DNA from: Camelus ferus
Lineage: Eukaryota
Length of the DNA: 64,000 nucleotides
Reading direction: 5' to 3'
Assembly: GCF_009834535.1 (NCBI RefSeq)
Contig: NC_045696.1
Location: forward strand, 71,860,001-71,924,000
Part shown: piece by piece, positions 13,728 to 26,849 of the stretch
How positions within the stretch are numbered: position 1 is the stretch's first letter
Layout: the number at the start of each line of letters is the position of its first letter
Notes under the pieces: generated by a model
Databases searched by the model: none
What the model saw: only the letters and a program-made list of their open reading frames with translations
Told to the model about the DNA's origin: nothing
Translations under genes and position numbers: made by a program

Positions 13728-14319
13728 GTAAGTAGATTTGGGGCAGAAGGCATGGTAAGTATTCAAACCACAGAAGTTTTGTTGCAGGAAGAATCTCAAA
13801 ATAGTTGCCATATGTCTTTAGAATCCCTACCAAAGTTTCACATCTTATAATATCACAAGTGTTCTTTTAGCAGGAATAAGAACATACTTAATGACTATTG
13901 ATCCATGTAACCAAATAACTTCAAAAAGATTGTACCAATGTTCAACTAGGGTCACCATACGCTTGCCAATAATGGATATAATCATTTAAATGCCTTTGGT
14001 AATTTAATAAGGGAGAGTTGTTTCTCATTAAGTAGCATTTTTTGCTTAAGAGTGAAAATTTGTATTTTCCCTTCTTTCCTAAGGTAATAATCTTGAGGAA
14101 TAAATTATATGTATAAAGTTATAATAGAAAATTTTTACAATAAAATATCAGAAGAAAACTAAATGTCCAATAAAAAAGGGAATGATTGATAAAGTCATTA
14201 TTCAACTATTACAAAATAATTATTTTTAATAACAGGCAGCAACATTAAAATAAGTGCTCATAAGATTAAATTAAAAATAATACATGTAGAAATTTACAAG
14301 CAGAGTCTAAAATGTATAT

Positions 14320-14436
14320 GGGGAGTGGATATAGCTCAATGGTAGAGCAAATGCTTAGCATGCATGAGGTCCTGGGTTCAATACCTAGTACCCCCATTAA
14401 AAAAACTTATAAAATAAAATAAAATGGAAAAAAAAG
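14320..14436 (+). mobile_element. tRNA-derived SINE (camelid Vic-1-like)
   Basis: A box TAGCTCAATGG, B box GGTTCAATACC, A-rich tail and a degenerate flanking repeat (CTAAAATGTATAT / CTAAAAATTATATAT). Confidence 0.85.
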
Positions 14437-14832
14437 ACTAAAAATTATATATGTACTGTGATTATAACCATATAAAATAAGCTTTTAAAAAGTCATGAAG
14501 GAAATAAAGTAAGATAGTAGTAATTGCATCAGGTCACAAAATGATGGGTAAGATTCTTCCTTTCATACTTGACTTATACAACGTATTTTTAAAAATATAT
14601 TTGTTTTTCCTATAAAAATTCCACTGTATTATCATTGCCATAAAGCCATCTTCTTCTGAAGATGGACACATGAGGAAAATAATATCCAAAAAAAGTATTT
14701 TGGGGAATGGCTTTCAGGAAACATGTATGCCATATTCCCCAATTATTAAAGTTTTGGTCCCTGGAGTGGCTAATTCAGATCATCTCTTATATGTTCCTAT
14801 TTGTAAAACCTACCTTGTTTCCATCTCTGCAG

Positions 14833-14948
14833 GGATATATCATTCCAATGGATTTTATTTGGCTGAAGCATCTAATTCCAGATGTTCTTCAGAATAACAA
14901 GGACTTTCTCTTTGGGAATATTAGAGAACTTTACGAATTCCACAACAG
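14833..14948 (+). CDS. MCF2L2: MCF2L2 exon (~17): GYIIPMDFIWLKHLIPDVLQNNKDFLFGNIRELYEFHN(R)
   Basis: ctgcag| and |gtatat; DH CR2 motif LFGNIxELYEFH; phase 0 to 2. Confidence 0.96.
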
Positions 14949-16114
14949 GTATATAATCATTCAAATTACCAGGGAAAATGGAAAATAAGAGAAGGATGGG
15001 AATCAGACTGATGGAATTTAGAGTTGAAACTGCTTAGGTATTTTCAGGCTTAAGCAAGTAGTCCAGAGTCAGTGGACAGGACCCGGGAGGGATGGGATGA
15101 GGAGGAGGGGAGAAGCGCCACAGGATCCCCAAGGAAGAAGGGAAGAGACATTAATGGAGCATGTACTAGTGCCAGGCATTGACGCTGTAGTCATTCGTCA
15201 GTTCCTTTGCTTATTTATCTCCTCACATGTCAGTGTTTATTGAGCCCCTGTTCTGTGTCAGGCTCTGTGTTCAGCATTGGGAATACAAAGATGATGAAGA
15301 CACATGACCACATACCTATTACCGTAGGGGAGTGCTGGGACCCAGGGTGTTAGAAGATGCTCACCGGGCAGTCACTTGTCCTGTTAGCCTGGTGTTGCTT
15401 GGGTATTGGGTTCCGGAGAATGAGAGAAGGAAAGGACTTTGGAAATCATCTTCCAGCCCTTTTATTTTACAGATAACAAAACCACAGCTTGTTTACTCAC
15501 TTTACCCACTAAAAATGGCCCCAGGATCACAAGTTGAATTGATAGGAGGGAAGAGACTGCTTGGTGAATTGAACCACAGTTGTTTCCTTACCACATCTCT
15601 TATCTGTTGTTCAGAAACGATACTGAATGGAAATCCTGTTTCTTCTACTTTCCCTGGAGAAATTATTCAGCCCCTTTGAGCCTCAGGCTTCGCATTTATG
15701 AAACCCTATCTTGCAAGCTTTGGTGGAGGGTTAAATGAGATATTGTTCTCGAAGCACTTAGCTTATGTCTGACTTACAGTAAGCTCTCAATGGTCGTAGT
15801 AGTAGCAGCCCCAACAGCAGTTCTTGTTAATGTCATTGCCATGTAGCAGGGATCAGCAGTGCACCCAGTCTGTCTGTGGCTAGGGCTTAGAATTATCAGA
15901 ACAGGTGTGGGTGGTTTCAGGGAATCCTGGTAATGTCACAGAATACCTTTTTTCCTTCCAAATCAGTGTGTTGAAGATGAGTCAGAAGCAATAAAGCCTG
16001 GACAACCAGCATTTTTCTATGTGCCTCTTAAAACTTAATGTGATTTTACTTGAAAAATTGTGTTAACCCTGTATGTGTAAAAATCAAAGCATTATTAAAC
16101 TTTTCTTTCCCTAG

Positions 16115-16184
16115 GACTTTTCTAAAAGAATTGGAAAAGTGTATCGAAAATCCTGAACTTCTGGCACGTTGCTTTCTCAAGAGA
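16115..16184 (+). CDS. MCF2L2: MCF2L2 exon (~18): TFLKELEKCIENPELLARCFLKR
   Basis: ccctag| and |gtaagt; phase 2 to 0, in frame with neighbours. Confidence 0.95.
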
Positions 16185-17989
16185 GTAAGTCTGTGCTCCC
16201 AATAAATCAAAATAACCATGCAATTAAAGTCAGCCCTTAATTTTCTGTATAAGTGGAAAGGGCAAATAGAAACACTAGTGGTCTAGAAACTTATATCTGC
16301 CTTTAAATGCAAAGTGGGAGTCCTTTGCAGAACTTCAACCTATGTGAGTTGAGTCCACTTTGACTGAGCTCACACTGCTAGGCAGTTATGACTGCAAGCC
16401 TGACTTCCTGCAAAGCCCCTGAAATGGAAGACTGGCCCCAGACCCCCATAGTAGATGGTCCTCCTCTGAGTGACTAAGCTGTTTTACACAGCAGGCTTAA
16501 ATTCTTCACTAAAGTTGTATTAACACTCTCAAGAGAAAGTGCTGGTATTAAACTGAAACTCTCAGAAAATGTATTTTCTTCCATTTTATTTTCTACAGCA
16601 TCGAGGATAGTTCGAAAAATCTACAGCTTCTTTTATGCTTAGCACCCAATTTGTGAACTTCCTGTCCTCCAACACCATACCTCTGACCACTTACTTCCCT
16701 TCCCACCACGCAGACCTCTTCTCTCTTGCCGGTTCTCCTCCTGGCTTTGGCGCTCCCTGGGAGCTGGCACAGAGAAGTGCTGCCACCAACATCATTCCCC
16801 ATCAAGTGCTTCCTTCCCTTTGGGAGGACTGTGCAGATGATCCCCATGTGCTCTGCTCTCTAAATCTCTCCCATTTCTTCTCTCTATCCCAATCAGCCCT
16901 TCTTTGCATTTCTTGATTGTTTTCGTTTCGTGAACTGGAGACAACAGATCAAAAAACTTAAATATTTTTCAACCGTTCAAATTATGGCTGATAAGTCTGA
17001 GAGCAGTATTTGTGATAACCTAAAACAGAAGTCCTCAAGTTTCGAGGTATTCAACATGATGGAGAAACAGAGTCTTCAACCCTCAGGGCCCTTGACCTGC
17101 TTGGAAGGCCCCTGCCATAGCACTGTCTAGGCTTTCCATCACAGCCTCACCATAGGTTTTCCATCCAGTGCCAGAATTCAAGATACATAAAAAAACCATT
17201 TTGTATTCAATCTGATTAATTTCCTTTTGAATTACCTTTATAGCATTATTAGTGTTTTATACTATTTTGCACTTTTGTGCTCATCAAACCACCATTGTGA
17301 AATCTAGTTGCAGAGTTTAGAAATATTTCACAACTGCTTATGTCATTATTGCAAAGACTTATAAAAATTGTTGGATGAGAAAAAGACCAGATTCCTGCGG
17401 GAAAAAATGGATATCATCACATTAAAAACTGTCCAAGTATGAGAAAATTGTTAGAGAATTACTAACTAAACATTTTCTTAGAAGAATTCCTCTCCTAAAT
17501 TTTTACAAAGCTTTTTGTAGTCCCTCATGTTGGGAGAAACCTTAGAAAGCATTAATCTAGGCCACAAACTCTGCATATAATCCTATATGATTTATGATAT
17601 TGGAGGCAAAATACAGATAATAAATTTTTATCAAGCACAAAGCTATTCCCCTGGGACAAATGGGGTAATTAAAAAACCACAATTACTTAATCTTTGAGAA
17701 TCCTTGAGGGAACTGGCCACTGTTGTGCAAAGACCTGTATTTGTTAGCCAATAAGGCAGGCCCATAACCCACTATTTACTATGGCAGTTTATCTCTTCTC
17801 AGTAATATTTGCAGATTTCCACTTATCTTGGAAATGAATTTTGAAATATTGTTCTGGCTGAGTGTTTTAATCAGACTTAATAGCCCTTAGTATACAGGAA
17901 GATTCTGTCCCAGAGACCAAGCTCTATGTAGAATAATGTTTGTCAGTAGTTAACTTTGAGTTCCATTTGCTCTGAGATCTCACATAGTA

Positions 17990-18450
17990 CAATGGAAAAA
18001 GCATTGGAGTGAGACTCAGAAAACTTATCTGAGTTGAGCTGCTTGCTATCAGCATGATCTCAAGTAAGTCACTCAAACCCCCGGAGTCTCACTCTCCTAC
18101 ACCATATAACAAGCTTCGTAATATCGGTATGTCAAGTTATGTGGAAACCAAGTAAAATAATGCATGCGGAAGGGCTCTACAAGGTAAAAAGTGCTTTGAC
18201 AATAGCTACCACTTGTCGTGTACTCTGCCTGTATCAGGTACTCTGCATTTGTTGAGAGGTTTCTGTATATCATCTCATTTAATCTCACAACAATCAAAGG
18301 AGTTCACTGCTGTTGTGAGCCCACTTAACAAGTGAGAAACTGAAGTGTAGGAAGGTTAAGTAACTGACCTCAGACCAGATAGCTTGTAACTAACAAAGCC
18401 AAGAACTGAACCTGGGCCATCCACCACCAGAGCCTACAGTCTTCCTAATC
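17990..18450. mobile_element. Two MIR SINE remnants in opposite orientations
   Basis: MIR core phrases CAAGTAAGTCACTCAAACC and GAGAAACTGAAGTGTAGGAAGGTTAAGTAACT. Confidence 0.6.
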
Positions 18451-19183
18451 CATAAGCAATCGTGTCTCCCTATGTGAATATGAGTTTTGGGGTAGCAATT
18501 TTTTAGCCTCTTGATATATTCTATAAAGAGGTAAGGGGAATTGGGCACTTGCATATTCTGCTAGTTAGTGCACATGCTCTCTCTAAGGAATTTTGGACTG
18601 AAGAACAAATTTAGGTCAATAGTTATGTTTCAGTACTTGAAGGCCTGTGACATTCTGTGTTGCTCAAAGTGCAGGCACAGGACCAAGGGGTGAAGTTTTC
18701 AGGAACACAGGTAACAGCTCAGCATCCTCCAAGAACCAGGTCCCTTTCTGTTACTGGGAGAGTTTGGGGATGTCTCCCTGGGTGGAAGGCTGGATCTCCA
18801 AAGTCTCCTCCAGCTTCTGAGAATCTTCTGGTGGTGAGTGTTGAAAGCAGTGAAACCTTGAATCCTTTTTGGAGCTAAAGGTCAATGTCTTTGTGCTCAG
18901 ACAGACAAAGGGTGGATGAGACGCCTTAACCAATTTGTAGTGTTTTATAAGTCTGGACTTCAGGATGGCAGGAGTGTTACCCATGTCTAGGCCTCTATGC
19001 TCTGGGAGCCATTGAATTTAACAAATGTCCTCAACACAGTGGCTGGCACATCAAAGGCACTCAACAGATAGCTCTAGAGTGAATGAATAATGAAGGCATT
19101 ATTGCTAAGCTCTGAATTATTATTCTAGTTTCTTAACCAGTCTGAACAACACTTCTCAAGGGCCAGCTGCCTCTATAAATGTA

Positions 19184-19185
<2 letters not shown>

Positions 19186-19214
<29 letters not shown>
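19186..19214. repeat. (TG)n microsatellite
   Basis: Seen directly. Confidence 0.95.
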
Positions 19215-19217
<3 letters not shown>

Positions 19218-20266
19218 TTTTTCTGGAGAGAATAGCAAAGGACAGGGTTGCTGTAGTTCTTATAGTAAAGTGAAATGACCACTTACAATCCATCAGGAGA
19301 AGGGAAGAGCTACAGAAACAGAAATAATTCACCACAGTAATATATTTAGAAGAAAAATAGGAATAGTTGAAGCTGTAAGGGAGAAAATAACCCAATTCCA
19401 CATGAAAGACATCAAGAGTGGCCTGAGCAGGAGGATAGGGACACAGAAATTCATAAGGAGGGGGCCACGTGGTCATCTCCACCAGAGCAGCCCGGGCTCT
19501 GTGGCAAGCACACCCACGTGGACCAGGTTCTCCTGATGGAGTGGATGAAACATGGCAAACTGACTCCGTAGGCTTGGGATGGACTTTCTGTCTGGGATAT
19601 TGGCAGACATGTGCCCACTTCTCATGGCCTTTGATATAGTGAGAATATGGGTCACACAGCACGTGGAGCCCCGCTTGATCTCTAGCACTGAGATCATCGT
19701 GTAGATTTCCTGCCTCAGGGTCTTTTGCTGCAGGGTTGCCTGAACCACTTAGGTTTGTGTCCAAACTGCCACATTTTCCTTCTGGGTGTTTCTACCTTTT
19801 GGTCATTTCTTAGGTTTTTGTTTTTGTGTTTTTAGGGTTGGCATCATAATAATTGTAATATGGAGCGAGTGGGGAGAGAGAAAGAAGGAGCCATCAGCTA
19901 CCAGCATTTTTATTGCCTGTTTTATTATTCAGTGCAGAGCTATTTGGGGGAGATATTGGTGTCCCAAATAAAGAGCCGAGGAGAAAGGATAAAGATAAAA
20001 ATTGACTCCTGTTCATGAATTTACTTATTTACCTGTGTCCTATAGCTGCTCTCACAGTACTCTGTTCAGATCTGTGTAGTTTGTAACCCTCTGTTTACCT
20101 CCTCATCACACACTCACTCCAACATAAGATTATTTATTGTGTATCCCCACTTCCTTACATGTTGAAGATACTCAGGCCCACTGAATGAATGAATGAACTA
20201 TATTATCCTGTCCACTGACTGAAAAAATGCTACCTGATTAATTTGTTCTAACTTTTTCTCACCCAG

Positions 20267-20359
20267 AAAGAAGATCTTCAAATATATTTTAAATACCATA
20301 AGAATCTGCCCCGAGCCAGGGCAATCTGGCAAGAATGTCAAGACTGCACCTACTTTGGG
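20267..20359 (+). CDS. MCF2L2: MCF2L2 exon (~19): KEDLQIYFKYHKNLPRARAIWQECQDCTYFG
   Basis: acccag| and |gtaatg; 93 nt, phase 0 to 0; DH YxxYxxN motif. Confidence 0.95.
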
Positions 20360-21021
20360 GTAATGTTGAGGTTCTAAGGTCTCCCACAAATTGTTTTCCC
20401 TTGACAATGTGTGCATCCAATTTTTAAAGAAATTGAAAGTATGAATTAGGCAGAGGAATCTGACATTGAGATTTAAGCTTATTAAAAGTCTCTCCTATGT
20501 TGACATTACACACTGGGAGTTTCAATGCTGCCCCGAGTCTCTGTGGGACAGCCCTGTGAGGAGCAGCTGTAGGCTGGTGAGAAAACCAGGATCCTCTTCT
20601 AGGATGGATTTTGCAAGTGGAACTAAGTCCAAAGGGTCACACTTTGGGACTCCCTGGAATGATATCAATAAGCCATCATGTACCCTTGAATAGACTCCAT
20701 CACCCTTAAGCCCCAATTCGAAGACAGGCTGCCTTGTTTTCAGAAGGGTTTGAAATGCCCCTCCTAGGGGATTTGCTTTCTAAAAGAAATAAATGGTCTG
20801 GCATCCCTAATTGCCTATAAAAATATTAGCCAAGCACAACCCCTTTCCCCTTTCTCTCATTTTACACACTGTTCCTGAGGGACTGAACAGCCAATCATAT
20901 TACAGAACTGGTTGACACAGCTGCTCCTCCTGTCCACAAAAAGCCCATTTCACCACTGTGTTTAAATGCTGCCACTTTTGTTCTGTGTGTGTGTTAAGTT
21001 GTTTCTGTTTGCTTTTTCAAG

Positions 21022-21114
21022 GTATGCCAGCGTCAACTGGGTCACACACTCCCTCTTTTTAAGTACCTGAGAGGACCAAGCCAGAGACTTATAAAGTACC
21101 AAATGCTGCTGAAG
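21022..21114 (+). CDS. MCF2L2: MCF2L2 exon (~20): VCQRQLGHTLPLFKYLRGPSQRLIKYQMLLK
   Basis: ttcaag| and |gtaagt; DH CR3 motif PxQRxxKYxxLLK. Confidence 0.96.
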
Positions 21115-21706
21115 GTAAGTTGATGAGACGTGCTTCCCGTGCCTGCTCTTTTCCTTAGACATGTAGAATTGTGGCTTTGCCTTCCAAAGGTGAAAATATG
21201 TCTAACTTACAGGCTTTTCCTGTCCCCAGGTCTAAATCAGCCTCCTCAGTGAGGAGTAAGAACAAAGAATCATAGGGACCTGGGAACGAGGCTAGTCTAA
21301 CTTGCAGCCAGGGCATGAATCTCTAACAGGAGGCGGGCTTAGGGGAGCAGAGGTCCTTGGGAGCAGAGTGGGGACCTGGGAAGTCACCACACTGCAGGCA
21401 ACTGCGAGGGTGGCAGCCAGGCCTCCACTCTCAGTGAGGCATCGACAGGTAAGAGATTGTCTGCTCCATTCTACCCAGGAAAGAGCTATGATTGCCCCCC
21501 ACAGCCACTATTGTACGTGCATGTTGACAGTCAAAGGGAGACGGCAAAACCAGGTTCTTCTCCACTTTTGCGTTATGTACCTTCACTCTCAAACTGAGGA
21601 TCTTTCTCAATAGCAACATAGCAGAATGAATTTTGCTCTGCTGAACCCCTAGGTGGTTCTTTCTTACTCTGACACCATCACACCTGCCAGAGAGCAGTCC
21701 CAGCCT

Positions 21707-21736
21707 ACACACACACACACACACACACGCACACAC
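21707..21736. repeat. (CA)n microsatellite
   Basis: Seen directly. Confidence 0.9.
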
Positions 21737-22539
21737 GACAGGTGGCTTTGTCAAGGCTGTGTCCCCACCTCATGTGTGAGCAGAGGGAAAGTTCTGGGCG
21801 GTTTCTCCACGGTCTGTTTTGAATTAAGTTTTACAAGCAGCTCTTGCCCACTGGCTACTACCTCTTAATTAAAAAAAAAAAAAAAGAGCCCCTGCTGTTT
21901 ACTGGGTACCTTCCGCCGTGTCTTTCTTACTTAATCCCCACCATCAGACGTGCCAAAGGCTCTGGAGGTGGAGAAACTGAGGCTCGGGGAGGTGAAGCCG
22001 AACGCCCAACCGTCTGCCCTCAGCACGCGGGACCCTCTCGGCGTCGCACCCGCAGCCCCAGCTCGGCAGCACCGGCCCTGCCGCCCCCACTTGCGGGATG
22101 ACGGGTCCTCTTGGCCTTGGTTTTCTCAAGCGTAAGGTGAGGATGCGAGAAGCTCCTCCGTAGGACTCCTGGGAGGAGCCGGTGAGCGACGCACGTGGAG
22201 ACGAAACAGAGAAGCTTCCGAACCAACCGTGCGGCTGTTGTTTTACACACGGGACGGCGCACCAGCGCGGGGAGGAGGGTGGTGACCCTCCGCTTCCCTC
22301 CATGGGTGGCACCTGTCAGCATGTTTTGGCACCGCGTTCACTTAGGTCCTCATGTCCCTCTGACGGCCCCGTGTTTACTGTCATCAGAACTTTGTATGTC
22401 CTTCCCCTGGGTGCAGTGGGATGGAGCAGAGCTCAGTGGGAGTATTCACCCCCTGGGCCTGGGTGCACCCGGTACCGAAGGCTCGGGCTTTCCCACAGAA
22501 GTGATGCTGACGCAGTAGGTACGTCCGTGCCTTACGTAG

Positions 22540-22765
22540 AGGGCTGTAGGGCATAGTGATTGGAAACACAGACTCAGGAGTTAGACATCCTGGGTGTGGA
22601 CCCGGGCTCTGACGCTTCCAGCTGGCTGCCTGAACTCAGGCAAATTGCTTAACCCCTCTCTGCCTCAGGTTCCTCACCTGTAACAGGAAGGTAGTAATAA
22701 TACTCTCCTGGTGTGCTTTTTGGGAGCATTAAATGAGGTCACATGTGTTAAAAATACTTAGAAGG
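22540..22765 (+). mobile_element. MIR SINE
   Basis: GGCAAATTGCTTAACCCCTCTCTGCCTCAGGTTCCTCACCTGTAA core. Confidence 0.75.
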
Positions 22766-23635
22766 TTTGGTTGGCTTCATTTCACTGAGGAAACTAGACA
22801 GAATCACTGTAAACTATTCTTTGGGGGTCTGTAGGAAACCATGGGAGACTACTCAAAACAGATTAGTTTTTCCCATTGTTAAGCTCACTTTGTTTCTGGA
22901 AAAACAAGTTTGAACCATTGGCATGCTTGTGGAGAGAGGAAGAATTTGGTAATTTTCTCTGCCCTGAGGGACAGAGCTCATTCTGCAGTGAGAGAGCCTG
23001 AATGTTGGACCAATTGCCCCGTGCCTTAGAGTGGATCGCAGGATCCTGGGGTGGGAAAGCTTTTCTAGGTTTAAGAGAAAGGGAAAGGAATGATAGATTA
23101 TACCATTAAAAACAGACACATGAAAAATTGGGGGAAATGTATTAGTAAGATATGTGACAAATGTCAGCATGCTTAATAATAGGCATTTAGAAATTAATAA
23201 TGAAAAACAAAAAGGTGATATCTATGAAATGTTTAATATCTTTTCTGAGATATTATGAAAATTAACAGTCATGACAAAGAGTACATAGTGTGCATAATGT
23301 CTAATGAGTCAAGGCAAGTTGATTAAACAATATTAGTATATTACTTGTCAGCATACATTAGAAATAGTTGCAGTAAAAGACAACAACTTGCTTTCATTGA
23401 GCTCATACTTTCTGTCTAACAAGCTAAGCCATGTATGGAAACTATCAAATTTAATGTAGAGAACTTTTCTTGCCTGGATTTTGTTTAATATAAACATGGT
23501 TTGCAAAATGGTACATTTGTTTACAGTAAGTTTTGCTTATTGTAAGAAGACTGGTCTAGAATAAGTCATCATGCTGATTTCCTGTTTAGTCCAACTCATG
23601 TCATAAATAGATCACTGTTTTTAAAAAGAATTAAT

Positions 23636-23930
23636 AGGAACAGATTGGTAAAAGGTGTAAACTTTCATCTATAAGATGAATAAGGGTCTAAGAATCTAAT
23701 GTAAAAAATGATGATTATAATTGATGACTATTATATAATTGAAATTTGCTAAGAGAGTAGTGCTTAAATGTTCTTATCAAAAAAAAAAAGTCTGAAGTGG
23801 TGGCTGTGTTAATTAACTAGATAGGGTGAGTCCTTTCACAATGTATACATGTATCAAATCACTACAATACACACTATAAACACCTAAAATTTTATGTCAG
23901 TTATACCTCAATAAAGCTGAAATAAAAACA
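23636..23930 (+). mobile_element. L1 3' UTR fragment (L1MA9-like)
   Basis: GAAATTTGCTAAGAGAGTAG..TATACCTCAATAAAGCTG plus A tail; flanking repeat AATTAATA. Confidence 0.8.
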
Positions 23931-24629
23931 AAATTAATAAAAAGATGAACAAAGGACATAGGCAGTTTACAAAAGAGTAAATGCTAATAGCAAATGTTTT
24001 TTGAGAGTTCTATCTCACTAGTTATTTGAGAAATCCAAATTAAAATAGCAGTAAGGCAGAATTGCTCTGTTTATTCAACTGACAAAACCTTTTTATTAAA
24101 TGGTAGTACTCTATGTAGGCTAGAGATTAGTGAAACAAGCTTTCATATGTGGCTGGTGGTGACACAGTCCTTCTTAAATAACTTGGAAATATGTATCACA
24201 GCTCTTAACATTAACAATCGTACTTCTAGGAATTTATCCTTAAGAAAAATGTATAAAAATTATTGTAATAATAGTAAAATTGTTGAACCTAAATGTTTAA
24301 CAGTAGGGGGGATTAATCAGTCATGATTTATCTATAGGATGCCACACTCTGCCGCAATTTAAATCTATCTTTTAAAAAATGTAATTTCGTGATAAAATGT
24401 TGATGATATGTTGTTGAGAAAAGCAGACTACACAGTAGTGTGTCCAATATGATTCTATGTTTGTGGAAAGAACTCTGTGCTGAATATACCATTTGTTCTT
24501 TCCCTCTTGTGAAAGACATATTTATATACATCTTCAGTTAGTTTAGTGTTGGCTGCAGATTGTTTGCACAGTAGCTTAAGTTGACATTCTACTTTTTGAT
24601 TTTTCAATAAAACTTTTGGGTTAATGCAG

Positions 24630-24701
24630 GATCTGCTGGATTTTGAGTCTCCTGAGGATTTGGAGATGGACCCACGTGACCTAGAAGGAAGTTCAGTTAA
24701 G
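24630..24701 (+). CDS. MCF2L2: MCF2L2 exon (~21): DLLDFESPEDLEMDPRDLEGSSVK
   Basis: tgcag| and |gtactg; 72 nt, phase 0 to 0; resembles recalled human GLLDFESPEDMEIDP. Confidence 0.9.
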
Positions 24702-26849
24702 GTACTGGATATTAAATACTGTTTTATGTACTAACTGCTAATGGTATTTGTCTATGGGTGAGAGGACTTATGGCAATCTTGTTTTCTTTGTTTATGATCT
24801 TTGTCTGAATTTTCTAAAATAGTATATATCCTATAATTCATAGTCAAGAAAAAAACAAAAACTTAAAGGCAATTTCAAAGTGGGGATTTGTAATAGAAGT
24901 GGTAATATATTTTCTTCCTTCCACATAAAAATGTTTTACAGGAATACAAAATTAAGTGAAGCTATAAAATGCATGCATAAAAGACTGAAAGTAAATATAT
25001 AAAAATTTCTACTGTGGTTTTTCTGCATGGTAGGATTATAATGATTTATATTTACTTCTTTGTATTTCTTAGTATATCCAATCTATATACATGATGCTCT
25101 GTTCCCCTCCAAGTGTGTGTGTGTGAATTCTAAGACAGCTAAACTTTCCTTGGAAGAATTGCTGGCCACACCAGATTGGGAAGAAATTTGTGGCTGGAAG
25201 TGGGCTGTTTTTAATTTTCTATTATAATATTCTGATTTTCACAAGAAAAACTTGAGGTATGTGTCTCAAGGAGCAGTCATTTGCATGCCGGCTCAGAATG
25301 TGTGGTGGGGATGCCTTGAAATTATAAGAAGCTCAAGGCACAGGTAATAACTTTATAGCCTGGAGCAAGTGGAGCTAGCCTGAGGGGTTTAATAATGTTT
25401 CTAAGAATTTTTCTGAGCCCTGTATCACACAGTTTAAAACTAGCCACCTGCTGGGTTTGTAGGAGGAAGGTTAGTGGGAAGGAGAAGGATCAGGAACAGT
25501 TGAGTCTCTAAAAGGAAGGGTTTCAAGTGTTTGGTAAAGAGGAAGATGTCTGGTGTAAGAACTTTTAATCCTTTATTGACATTACAATAAACTCAGGTGA
25601 CAGCCTATTGTCTTTCACCAGGACCTGAAGCATATTTACCATGAGTGAGAAGGTAAGAATCCATGGCAGATGGTTTAGTGGAAGCAGCACGCTCTGCTCC
25701 GTTCATCAGCCCGGTCACTCATGACCCAAAGATGCTAATCTTCAGTGTTTAAGTAGAGATTAAGAAAATACACAACCCTCTGCTTACATCTTGCTGTAGA
25801 GGACAAGAAGACGTGGGGCTATCCTGGGGAGGGCAGCAAAGGGCTCTCTGTTCCTTGTTGTAGAAGTTGATGGGTTAAAAAACAAGGGGACAAAACCAAA
25901 ATCTTTTTGTTTGCATTTACCAGATAATAGATAAATATGCTATGTAGATAGCAGTGTAATAAAATACAGAAACCCTAAAAGCAAAAGACTTTCGAGCTGA
26001 AACAACCATCCCTATCATGTCCTAAATGTCACAGTAGTAATAACTGGAACGTTGGGCCCCTGAATTAGCCATCACTGCTTTTTCCACTTAACGCTGGGTC
26101 TTTATGCTGTCTGAGAGGTGCAGACCACATTGGGTTACCTCTTTGGCATCTTTAATGAGGACAGAACATGGGGAGGCCTGGAGGAGAAGAGGAAGGAGAA
26201 AGCGCAGAGCTAGGGGAGATTCTATGAGGCCAGTGCCACCATGATGGTGTTTACATGTAAATCATGAGTAAACCTCCAGTTGGCAGCCCACTCTTTGCCT
26301 CTATAGCTTACAAATATCCTCCTCTGGGGGATGGTTTTAAGTATAATTTTACCCATGGGAATAAGACTGCCACATGAAATATAGGAATATAATACTCAGA
26401 CTATACTTTTCAACAGGCCCCAGGGACAGGCAAGTAAAAGGGAGAGCAGCCTATTTAAAGGGCTGGGTTTTTCATGCTTTAAAAAAGCTCATGGTGTTTC
26501 TTTTCCCTTTTTTTAAAAATATATTTTTATTGAAATATGGTTAGTTTAAGGATGTTTCTTATAGAGCTGGAATGTAATGTCCAAGGTTTCATGAACTTCT
26601 TTCTTCACTACTTCAATGTGTAGAAGGTGCAGTGAATGATTTTGCTTGTATATCTATATATCATGTAGTTAAACCAGCAAATACCCTTAGTCACCATTCT
26701 CTGGGAGCAGGGAAACAGGTTGATGTAGCCACCTTCTCAGTCACTTCATGCTGGCTGAATCCATGGCTCCTTATCTCTGTCCTGTTTTCCTTCTTCCCTT
26801 GGTAGATGGTTTACCTTTTGATTTCCAACAAGGCATTTGGTTTCCACAG

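Noticed and set aside
14320..14396. tRNA gene
   Set aside because: Acceptor stem does not pair cleanly; an A-rich tail and TSD-like flanks indicate a SINE.
19156..19764. 202-aa minus-strand ORF
   Set aside because: Non-ATG start, runs through a (CA)n repeat, no domain similarity.
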